Part shown: positions 35,575 through 47,400 of the stretch, one piece after another
How the letters are laid out: every line of letters starts with the position of its first letter
Position numbering within the stretch: the stretch's first letter is position 1
NCBI GenBank assembly: GCA_047495785.1
Contig: JBLDXI010000055.1
Coordinates: 496,001 to 560,000 of the forward strand
Direction: 5' to 3'
DNA length: 64,000 nt
From: Lepidodermella squamata
Lineage: Eukaryota > Animalia > Gastrotricha
Program-made: the position numbers and the translations under genes
Notes under the pieces: model-generated
What the model saw: only the letters and a program-made list of their open reading frames with translations
What the model was told of the DNA's origin: nothing
The model's database searches: none

Positions 35575-38408
35575 AATGATAGCTCGCGTCAAGACCAGCA
35601 CGCAGAAAAAACAAAATGATTAAAAAATCTATACGTTGGTTATGATACGTTTGAATGAAAAAAAACCGGGAAATGTTTGAGAGAAATCAAGGTTTCAACA
35701 CAAGCTGGAGGCTTACGAAATTCATGTTGTAAACGCGATACTTTCCGAACAAAAGCTAAGATGCGAGCGTAACCGGCCTCGATTACCACACGCGCACCTT
35801 TGTTGCCGGTGGCGGAGTCGATCATGACCCTTGTGACTTGATGTGCGGAACTGTGTCATATTGCTCGACCCGCCGATAACTCTCGATAATACTACCGCGT
35901 TACGACTCGCTCCACAAACGTGAGACATGCGAAAAGCACTTTTGTCATCGAGAGGGACTAGTACGACGAATTAAATTTCGCGGCTCTTCGCGTGTTCAAT
36001 TGCCTGATGACTTTGTTCTACAGCTAGAGCAGTGTTTTGCGAAATATTAATAATAACCTTACAGAAAAATCCAAGAACCAAGTTAATATAATAACTTGCT
36101 ACGCGCAACGTATCATCGTACTCAAAAAGTAAACACGCACAAAACTCGGAGTGTTAAAAACATACAAAGAAGCGCATGCGACGGCAAAATTATTAGCCTT
36201 CGCTAAAATAATTCATTAAGCGCGTCGCCGCTCAACAGATAGTTCTGTTGTTGATGCGCGAGAAAATTTCAAGGCAGCGCGCTGCCACTTAATTTTAGCA
36301 CGTGATAATATTTTGCGCAAAAATAACAAAATCTCGATGATACTACACCTGCGCACGAGACCTTGTTTGAACGTTGCGTCGCGGATAAATAACATTTTTT
36401 TATTTGCAAGTTAACTATAGGAAACGGAAGACCGTTTTTAAGTTTAAAATTTCTCGGCCAATGGCTAAGAGCGGATTAGGTATATCTACAATCTACAAGA
36501 GGTTTTTGATATTCTGGGATACTTGAAGAAGATTGTTTTTTTCTCGATGAACGTACGAGAATAAGAGGTGGCTATGACGCCGTATCGAGAGAAGTTAGAT
36601 TAAACCAGCCGCTATAGTGGCGACAAGAAAAAGTTAGCCATTGACGCCGCAGTGGCTATGTGCAGTTTGTGGGAGATTTGTTTCAACGCCGTGCATTGTG
36701 TTAAAAGACGTGTTGGCTAAAAAAGCGAAAAAGTAATAACTTTTTTATTATTTTCACGCTACGATTTTAATGATAATATTCAAGCATGTTTCTACTGCAG
36801 AACCGGCGCCGGCAGTACTGTTGCTACTACCTCCACGGGACTGTCGTATCGCAGGCCTAGACGTTACAAAGCTAACACTACCTATAGAGTACCGGGCATT
36901 TTGTTATGGCATGTTGCATGAAGTTAAAACGAAGATGCTGCCACCAAGAGCTGCATGATGAACAAGATTGGTGCGCGTATTTTTCTCGCAGGAAGCTGAT
37001 GAATTTCGCGATAATTTACAGCATCTATTAATACTACGCGGCGCCTCGAGTGCGCGCTTATGCGTAATTAGTTACCGGAATAACTTCCAAGGTAGCGAAG
37101 GTATATTAGCAATAAAAAAACAACACAATAAACCGCAAAAAATCCTAACGCAAATAAACAAAACCTTAGCCAGCAGGGGTATACGCTTGATGAAACATGA
37201 ACTACTGCGGTGACCTTGGAATAGTTTTACAGCATCTTAGACGTTGTTGAATAAATAGTAGGCGCCGATTGTTATGGCAACGCCGGATAGTTTTAAGAGG
37301 GTGCGTGAAGGCAATTAAATTTCCACTCACTTTTGGCGCGTGTATTCAAGCGCAATGATAACAACACCTGCTTGACATTGACACTGTTACCTACAAAGGG
37401 CTGCGCGCCAAGTGCTTATACTGAGAATTCTCCCTCACGTACGAGGACACGCCAATATTATTCAGGTGTCAGCGCTGAAATTATTTTAAGGCAGACGCGT
37501 TTGTTTTATTGCCTCATTCGCACATCGTCGGACGTCATCTGCGCATCCGTAATTGGCTCATCGCAAAACACTGCCGTTTAGCCGACTGAGCGCAAACACA
37601 TTGACCCGCCCCTGACCGACGCCGTCTGTGAGCGTGTCGATCGAATAAATCGGCTCACCTGAAAATAAGTGCGCGCACGCACACCGGCGACACCTTGGGC
37701 CGGTACTCTCATGCTACTACTCGATTGACCTTGAAACGTTCACGCCCAGCTAGTCAGCCGGTGATTAGACCGTCATGCTCTTGACACCTCGGAAGACAAG
37801 ACAAAGTGTTTTCCCAAATCAACATAATGTTTTATTGCGTAAATATCATGTAATAAGACAAGAAACAGATAAAAGAGGGCAGTTAACCTCACTCATAACC
37901 AAAGATTTGAAACCATTAAATATCAAAGAAGTGACGCGATCATCGTTTCTCAATAAATAAGAAATAGAAGTAAGAATAATAAGAATAATGCAATGCCACG
38001 CGAAAAGTGTCGAATTTTTCTCCCCTTGCCGTGCTGTAGGTAATCTAAATTACTGATTTTGATCGAATGAGCTCGTCATGGAGAAAAATCCATGAATAAA
38101 AAACACAACAAATTTAGCGTCAATCCACAACAAACTTTCGTTTCATAGAAATGGAAGATAAATAGCAGCCTTTTAAGATGGAAAAAGAGAACGTAAAGTC
38201 GGCACCAAATATTGCATAAAAAGAGACAGGATTAAGAAAATTCGAAGGAAGACTCCCGCGGCGTTTTTGCTGCCTTTGGCAAGTATTTCGTTAAAGCAAA
38301 ACCCAAAAGACTAGATACGACATCTTTTAGGCAATAACAACAGCATTTCACGATCGACGTTTTTGATTGGCAAGATTGATTATCAACACATGTCCCTTAG
38401 ATCAAATT

Positions 38409-39470
<1,062 letters not shown>

Positions 39471-40072
39471 GATTACTTAAGGCCTAGCTTCAATAAAAGC
39501 ATAATCAATTCATGATGTGTCTTTTGGCAAGTCGGCTTTAGTTTGGACAACAGGGGCGGGCGATCCCGATCGATTAATTAATGCCACAAGACGAGCCCGG
39601 AGCCCAACATTAATCATAAGCAAAAATAACTAGGTACGCTAAATCTTAATGCAGTTCTTTCGCCAACAGATTTACAGTTACATGATTGTCTGATATTGTC
39701 AACCTTTAGGAACGTACTGAACTACACTAAAAAGATTGTGCCAGAAGTATTCAATAAATTGATATAAATTATTGAGAATGAGAAAATATTAAGATAAAAA
39801 TAACACTTGTGATTCCTATAAGTTAGATCGATTCAGCTCATGCCCGATGCTCTGGAAGCGGGTGTTCCAGCTACAAGAACTATGAACAGGTTCAATGTTC
39901 TACGTGCGTTCACTTCAAAATGCTCTCAGATACAATGGTCATCTCCGGAATGCATTACCAACGGCAAATGAAACCTAGAGTTCTCCGTTCTCCCTGGTTG
40001 ACGCATAATATCAGTACTTTAAATACAAAGAATGCTGATTCTTCAGGCTTCACCCGTCTAGAATATAGAATA

Positions 40073-40803
40073 TGTCGTAGGGGAACACGCGCATTAGATG
40101 AAAGCGCGTTCCGCTAGAATAGCTAGGGGAACACGCGTTTTTTGCAATTTTTAGGGGAACGCGCTTTCACCTAGGGGAGCAGCGTGTTCATCTGAAAATG
40201 CTCGTAGGTGATCACGCGTTTTAGAGGAACACGCGTGATTTTAGCGGAACACGTGTGCAAAACGTGTGTTTTAGCGGAAATTATCTTTTCCAGCTGCATT
40301 ATTGCGAAGATCCGCAGAACTTTCGGGTGCCGCTTGGTACATCAATCCGGCTTCGTCAAAAAACGACCCAAGAAGGAGGAAGCCACAGGCAAAGATATCC
40401 GGAAAAAGCCTCGACATGCGCGAAAAACGCTGTGCAAATGCACCAAGGGTTGTGGAAAGGGGCCCTGTTACTGTAGAAAAGAAGGGTTAAAGTGCGCCAC
40501 TAAATGCCACCCGGGCATTGAATGCATCAACCGCTAGATCCGGAGTTCAAAAATTTCACTGACTACTGATTGACAGTTTTTGGTTGATCAATTTTGATTT
40601 GATTCGCATAAAATGTAAATAAATGTTTAGTGTTGCGCATTCATCTAGCGGAAGGCATTTGTTATTTCAATTGCATTCTTATTTGAATAGCATTTGAGTA
40701 TACCGCGGAAAGCGCGCATTTCGGAATGAAAGCGATTTCTAGCGGAACGCGCGATCCTCTAGCGGAACGCGCTTTCATCTAATGCGCGTGTTCCCCTACG
40801 ACA
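40073..40803. mobile_element. 731-bp non-autonomous DNA transposon, Ginger-like (TGT...ACA ends, 46-bp perfect TIRs, 4-bp AATA TSD) retaining a Cys-rich transposase C-terminal fragment
   Basis: 40073-40118 tgtcgtaggggaacacgcgcattagatgaaagcgcgttccgctaga is the exact reverse complement of 40758-40803; aata at 40069-40072 and 40804-40807; internal ORF end CKCTKGCGKGPCYCRKEGLKCATKCHPGIECINR (40431-40537); subterminal ggaac(a)cgcg repeats. Confidence 0.85.
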
Positions 40804-42238
40804 AATATCTTATATCCAATATTCATTAAAATGTAGTTAATTTTCCTCAATTTCGCAAAATTGATCTTAAATCGACCCAATTCGCAAGGGTGCCAATCAA
40901 CTGTTAGGAACTGAGAATTTTTGTGCGAGAAACCACTTGACTGATAGGGCGATACAAAGTTTATCGAAGGTGCGTGCGTGTCGCATACACTAGCAGAAAG
41001 CACCTACCGCCCCATATCCCATACCTAATCCGTACCAAGTACCAAGCCAAACCCCACGGAACATCGAATGCGTTAAGCATCCTCATCGACAGTGATTTCA
41101 TGGCAACCTGATTTCTGGACGATAAAAAAAACTCTAATTCAATTACCAAGGCGACTGGCGTCGCTATTACAGGAGGCTTGCGTGTTCAAAAGGAATACGG
41201 AACGTTTCACCACTACTAAAAATGACGTGTTTTGTTAAATGACGGATGACTAAAAGTTCAATCGTATCCGGGATTTACGCATCGTTTACGAAAACTCTTC
41301 CAACAACTCTTTTTTGGTGCGCGAAAAATATCAAAGTTGAAAAGAAGATCTTCAAGCAAATTAATTTTATAATCTACCATCTGAAACGATTATAGCAAAA
41401 ATTACCTGAAAATTGTTTTTCGAAATTTTTATAATAATTTTGCCGCAGCGCATTTTCTGTCGCCCGCACCTGGCGCGTTCAGTTCTTTGATCTTTCATCC
41501 GCCGTCTTTGCCACGATCGAAAGCGATCGAGGGAATCCCTTACCTGACAGGTCGCTCTCTTTTCATCCGTTTGAGCAGCCCCTGTCTTTTTTTTAAAGAA
41601 TAGCCATTGAATGAATAGCCTGTTTCGAATTTAAAGCTTGAAGTTTGGCGTTTGGCTGGGACTCGGTCGCCAGTTTCTGCTTCCAGTTGCTTCCCTAGCT
41701 ATTGGACAGCCAATCCTTTTCTTCAAGCTGTGACCCAACGGCCCCAGGATGGAGATGAGGGTCTTCTTGAGTTCGTTTGGCATGGTTGTGATCGCTTACT
41801 TTCGTACATTACACACAGCCCACGCAAATTTTGACGCTCGCGATTCACCGCTATTAATTTCATCTTAGGCTAAATGATAAATGTCAGCTTCCCTATCAAG
41901 CGTACCTTTTCGACCGGCTGAAGAGCATCAGGCGACTCACAAGCAGATTTTATTTTCAACTTTCGAGTTGATTTTACTGCAAGTCTGAGGATGACTCGGT
42001 CTCTCAATGTTATCGAGCACTTCAAATAATGCTAAACTCAAGAGAAAAATAAGTAAACACTTACCTTAACAATAACGAAGTCATGGGTTCATTTATATCT
42101 TTCAGTAGATTTAGACTTTGTATTATAAATCCCAAGCACCGTTCAAATCAGGGGCCATAACCTTTCGTAGCGCAAATTTTCATTTGTAAACCTGGATCTA
42201 TAATTTTCCTTTTTTAGTTGCACGTTATATGATATTGA

Positions 42239-44266
42239 ATGGCTCAGGTTTCTACCTCCGAATTACGTTACGAGGCCAGTCTCCACGTGGCCATATCAAA
42301 CTATGATAAGTTTATCAAGGATGGCGAACGAGCGTTGGCCATACTTCAGGCCTCTTTGAAAAAACCTGCTACCCCAGTTGTTACCGCCGAGTCTGCGGAG
42401 AAAAAGCAGCCGACTAAACCTGATAACACTGCCGGGGAGAAAAATGGCAAAAAAGCTGAAAAAGAAGTCAGTCCAACGAAAAAGAAGTCGAAGGCCCCAA
42501 AGACCAATGTTGAAGAAATTGTTGCTCAGCCAGAAGTGGAAGCAAAGCCTGATGCAGCACTGCCACCTAATGAAGTTGCTAACCCGAAAGTCGAAGAGGA
42601 CCCTGTGAAATCGAAAGCTAATGGGCTCTCTGATATGGCGGTTTCCCTTGCTCGAAGTAAAGACCCGCAATCTTTGCGACAGGCTGTCAACCTCCTCACG
42701 GAAGCTATTCGATTGATTCCGCAAAATGCTGCGTATTACGGCAACAGGTCTCTATGCTTCTACAAAATGGGCGATTACCCTGCCTCGCTGAACGATGCGA
42801 CGCTAGCACTGCTGTTTTCTCCTGACAACATCAAGTTTCTAAACCGTAAAGCTACTGCTTTGATCCGACTTGAGCGAAATAAAGAAGCTCGGGACATTGC
42901 TTTACATATGCTGGAAATTGAGCCTGGTAACCAGCGAGCCATTCAAATAATCGAAGAAGTCCAAAAAAGTGAACCAGCTGTTGCTCCTAGCAATCTAAAC
43001 GAGCCTCTGGACGTCGCCATCGTTACTCGTTTGCCTAAACGTATTAGCGCCCAAGCCGTTCGCGATCTAGTCTGTGGCCTCTGTGACGTTTCACTCGTTG
43101 AACCGGTTCATTTTGTCGTTGATAACAACCCTTATACAACCAGTGTGTTGTACTTAACCGACCCGAATGCTGCTAGCCGGGTTGCGGAGAAACTTGAGAA
43201 ATATCCCTACGGGATTCATTTTGTTGGTGTTCAAGTTGTTCGCAGATCTGACGCTGCGAAGCTCAATTTAACTACGAATGCCCCTGAGGCCCGTGAGTTG
43301 TTGTCCAACGAGTCATCGGATGACGAAGCGTTGCATGCTCATGGCCATTCACGTCCTTACAGTGTTTCGTCGGATTCATCGTCGACTCGTGGAACTCCTG
43401 GAAATGGGTCTAAAAACCCCAGTGGAACTCGTGGCTTTTCCCTCTTTGTTGGAAACGTCCCATCTGATACTGAGGTTCCTGATATTGAAGCTCTAGTGAA
43501 GGAAAGAGCCCCGGAAATTGTTTCGGGGTTCAACGTCGTCAAAAGACCGCAGTGGGATTATTGTTTCCTGAATTTCACCTCTCAAATTGACGCCGATATC
43601 GCTCAAAAGAGTCTGCATAAGACGCGCTTCGGCCCAGTCGTACTCGACGTTAAACATCAAAATTCGACCGCTCGATCGAATTCGGTCGATAACCCGACTC
43701 GTGCTCCGATTTCGCCGGCGCCTAGTAAAGTAGCTGGTCAAACAGCGGTTTATATTCAAAATTTCCCAACCGAGCTGCCTCTTGTTCAAGTTTTGGAGAA
43801 AATTTATGACGTGGTGTCACCAGCTATTCCGTCCGATTTCGCTTTGTACAAGCAAACAGCCTGGCGACATTGCTTTTTAAACTTCGAGGACCAACGTGGA
43901 GCTGAATTAGCTTGTTCCCTCATCAACAATCGACTGACGATCGGCTCAACGACTCTACTAGCCTCGATGTCAGAATCGAAAACGTTTACGCCGAATTCGA
44001 CCCATCTCGGGCGGACTGATTTTGTTTTTTCGACGAAAATTCCGTCGACGTGGTTGCGAGTCGACAACGTCGATGGCGCTATCAACGATGCTGAGTTACG
44101 CGATAACTTCCGTGGACACATTCAAATGGTGCGTGAGATCGACTTCAGCGTCTGTTATTTTCGCTACCCGTCCGATCATCTTGCCTACGAAACGATGGGG
44201 CGAATGCAAAATGTCATTCTACGCCGGTCTGCCCTTGCCATTCGCTTCGCTATTCCGAAACGATAA
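42239..44266 (+). CDS. TPR-repeat plus multiple RRM protein (675 aa, single coding exon)
   Basis: AVNLLTEAIRLIPQNAAYYGNRSLCFYKMGDY..ALLFSPDNIKFLNRKATAL (3 TPR); SLFVGNVP..YCFLNF, AVYIQNFP..HCFLNF, WLRVDNVD..CYFRY (RRM RNP2/RNP1-like). In-frame TGA directly before ATG fixes the start. Confidence 0.75.
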   Translation: MAQVSTSELRYEASLHVAISNYDKFIKDGERALAILQASLKKPATPVVTAESAEKKQPTKPDNTAGEKNGKKAEKEVSPTKKKSKAPKTNVEEIVAQPEVEAKPDAALPPNEVANPKVEEDPVKSKANGLSDMAVSLARSKDPQSLRQAVNLLTEAIRLIPQNAAYYGNRSLCFYKMGDYPASLNDATLALLFSPDNIKFLNRKATALIRLERNKEARDIALHMLEIEPGNQRAIQIIEEVQKSEPAVAPSNLNEPLDVAIVTRLPKRISAQAVRDLVCGLCDVSLVEPVHFVVDNNPYTTSVLYLTDPNAASRVAEKLEKYPYGIHFVGVQVVRRSDAAKLNLTTNAPEARELLSNESSDDEALHAHGHSRPYSVSSDSSSTRGTPGNGSKNPSGTRGFSLFVGNVPSDTEVPDIEALVKERAPEIVSGFNVVKRPQWDYCFLNFTSQIDADIAQKSLHKTRFGPVVLDVKHQNSTARSNSVDNPTRAPISPAPSKVAGQTAVYIQNFPTELPLVQVLEKIYDVVSPAIPSDFALYKQTAWRHCFLNFEDQRGAELACSLINNRLTIGSTTLLASMSESKTFTPNSTHLGRTDFVFSTKIPSTWLRVDNVDGAINDAELRDNFRGHIQMVREIDFSVCYFRYPSDHLAYETMGRMQNVILRRSALAIRFAIPKR

Positions 44267-44435
44267 TTTCGTATTTGATCAAAATTGACTCACATGAGTG
44301 CTGCAATACATCCTTTCATCCGCTGATTATACCTTCCTATATATATTATGTACAACTTGCTTTGTTTTTTTCTCAACCAGTGCCGAGAGGTGTTGCGCTT
44401 TTCTTGTACCTCGAATGACATCTTGCCATTTCCAC

Positions 44436-44490
44436 AATAAATATTGACAGTATTATCACATGCCTTTGTTGTTTTTTGTAGAAGAACAAA
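44436..44490 (+). promoter_or_regulatory. Putative intercistronic element: AATAAA (44436-44441), U-rich tract and unpaired 3' splice acceptor (AG 44480-44481) 9 nt before virilizer ATG
   Basis: ...caataaatattgacagtattatcacatgcctttgttgttttttgtag|aagaacaaaATG; only 224 nt between upstream stop and ATG. Confidence 0.45.
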
Positions 44491-47400
44491 ATGGAGCCGT
44501 CCGTTTTGTTTTTTGACACATTTTATCACTCGAGCGAGCAAACTTACACCGATGTGGTGAAATTTCAGCAGCCGGTCAAGATTACTGAATTGCGGGTTGT
44601 GCCGAATGGAAATATCATTCGTGTCGGGTTTTTGATGCGGGAAGGCTGCACCAAGGTTCGAAAGTACATGAAGCTCGAATGGTTTTAATGGGTATTTTTC
44701 TGTTGTAACAGCCTGAAGAAATCGAGTTGGATTTCTATGCGCGAGATGTTGAGAAACCTGAGGCAGCTACTTTTGTCGATCTTGGCGGATTCGATTACTC
44801 AGAAAGAAAATCGCTCAATTATGCCGTGGACAAGCGCTTTCTTACCGATGTTTTGCTCATCAAAGGAACATACAAAAGCTTGACCTTGTGAGCTAATATT
44901 TTTTACTATAATTTTTTGTTAAAAGTTCGAAGATTTAAATATTCGAATAAATTTTAAAGTCTACTTACTTTCATCTGAGTTTTTATTAAGAAAAATGCTA
45001 AATCCGATTTTTTGAATAATTTTTGCGAAATTTAAGCTAAATGATTTTCCAGGGCTATTATCGGGATCAGCAGTCCAGCTCAACCTCAGCCGAACATGGC
45101 TCAGGGCATTATGCCAACTCCGGCGCCTATCGTAATGCGCCACAACGCTGCCGCGTCTCAATTCGACCCGTCGATGCTTCTCGCTCAGCAATTCGGCGGC
45201 GATTCGTCAGATTTCGGCAACAATCGTTTCAACAACAACCGAAATATGCCGCAAATCCCAGCTGGTAATTTTGTAAAGCGAGGCATTGAACCTATCAGTT
45301 CACAAGGGGACGAAATGCCCCGGGCGCAGCCTAATTTGACGTCGACAGGGCTCGAATTTGACGAGCTGCACGGCGCTCCAGATTGCAATTTTGACGACGT
45401 AGCCAGCCGTTTGAGCGGTCTAGAAGACATATCTTCCGTCGATAATTTCGCGGTCTATTGCCCTCAAGAAGCCGCTCAAACGCCCAGCCAAATTAACGCG
45501 TTACAATCTAACGTGAATGATGCCTCGAGAAATGCTAAGCCAGACTCGCAGGAATCGAAACAGAGCGTGTCTAGCTGGCTGGATAAGAGCGATGAAGGCC
45601 AACAGGGCCAGCCAACTGAAGAAATTGAGTACGCGGTTGATACGTTGTCGTATTACCAGCAAGAACACGAGCAGTTAGCGGCGATTGTTGCTGCAGCCGC
45701 TGTTGCCCAGCAGGGCGTAGGCGAGCACCAGTTGCGAAATTTCACGAATCCATCTCTCAGCGCGTTTGAAATCGCTGTGAATAAATACGTGCGGGAACAG
45801 GCGGCTAACCCAAATTCAAACTCAAATCCGCCGAAAGAAGCGACTAAACTGCTTAGTTTGGTTGAAGAAATGCTGACCAGTGGCGAGGATACGGCCCAGG
45901 CTCGAGAGGGAATGGTGAAAACGCTGGAACAAGCCCATCAAAATCTAGCAGTAGGGCTCGGGTATTGGTACGTATACTCCGAGTCCACGTTTGCCGATCT
46001 GCTTGATTCATTATGCGAATGGGCCAGTACAGCGGCTGATTACGAAAAAGCTGTTCGAGTCATTGAAACCGCCCCTTTATTCAAAGTTCGCGCCCTGAAA
46101 GCTGGGCTAAACCTGCTGAGCGAATTAGTCACCCTGTCACCTGATTGCGCTAGGCGGGTGTTGAATGACGGGAGAATCCAACAGCATTTGATCGATATAT
46201 TATCGGCGAATCATCACCCGAGTGAGGATTCCACCTCAATAACGCCGCTGTTGACATCACCCCTCGAGAACTTGATCATCCGCACGATATTCTATACTAC
46301 TGTTTTCGAACAAGGCGCTTCAGCCTTCGTCGAACAGCTTCATGTAAAAACCGGTGATTCGAGCTACCTTAAATTTTTGTCTTGGCTTGTCGAGGAGCGG
46401 AAGAAAAACGGCAGTAGGAAACGATGCTTGCAACGACGGAGTTACGAACCGGCTTCTCTCGTTTTGAAGTCGATTTCAACCTACGAGGTTGTCCATCAAT
46501 GGCAAACTTTGATCGCGAAAATGGAGAAAAATCTTGAGGCGAGCGAAGACTGCAGCAATGAAGTCGCGCAAATTTGTGAAAGCTTCGAATGGCTTACGAA
46601 AGAGTGGGAGCAGATCTCCAATGATAAAACTAACATGGACTTTGAAGCGCGTCTGCTATCGTTTTGTCGACACCTCAGGTGAGAATTTCTTCAATTTTTC
46701 GATCCCGTAAGTATTTTTTTTATTTTAAGGTCGATGAAACTCGTGGATGTGATCCTAGTTTTGTTGTCCGAACCAGCTAATGCGATTTTATCACGAGATT
46801 TGAAGCGGAATGTGACGAATGCAGTCGCTTGTTTCATCGAATCTCTCGCATCAACCAAAAGTGGCCTTCTTTTCTTGCTCTGCGATGGCTCGACTACGAC
46901 CCAGTTGATTCGAGAGCTCGTAATGCTGCCTGGCAAACTTCAACAAATCGGAATCGATCTGTCGTATCGACTACTCATCTTGCAAATGCTTGACCAACTG
47001 GTCGCGACAACTGATTTGAAAGACGAGCATCATTTAGTTGTGCTGCGAACTCTGGCTAGTTTAACAGGCCGCCAGCATTGCGTTCACTTATTGGCTGAAG
47101 TCATCGCATCTGACCCTAGTCACATTGATCACCTCCTTAAAATCGCCGAAACTAACTTGCCGCAAGTTACGGCTGAGGTTGAACATGTTTTGACGTTATT
47201 ATTAGCTCTGGTGCAGCACCAGCCTTTCAAAAACGTTGAATTCGGAGATCGGATCGTTGCGATTTGCAAAAATTCTGGCGAAAATTGCGCCCTAGCCGTT
47301 GAATTACGTTCGGTGCTGTCGTTTTTAGACGAAAGTCAAGTGTTGGGCGTTGATAAAGTCAAAAAGGCCGATGACAGTAATTTCAACCCGTTGGATATCA

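Noticed and set aside
36770-37960. Short plus-strand ORFs (60-82 aa)
   Set aside because: No domain similarity, coding-like composition or consistent splice pattern.
40073-40290. Spaced ggaacacgcg repeats resembling a CRISPR array
   Set aside because: Irregular short subterminal repeats of the transposon; eukaryotic context, no cas genes.
40208-40537. 109-aa ORF as a host CXC/tesmin-like gene
   Set aside because: GTG start inside subterminal repeats and enclosed by TIRs; better explained as a transposase remnant.
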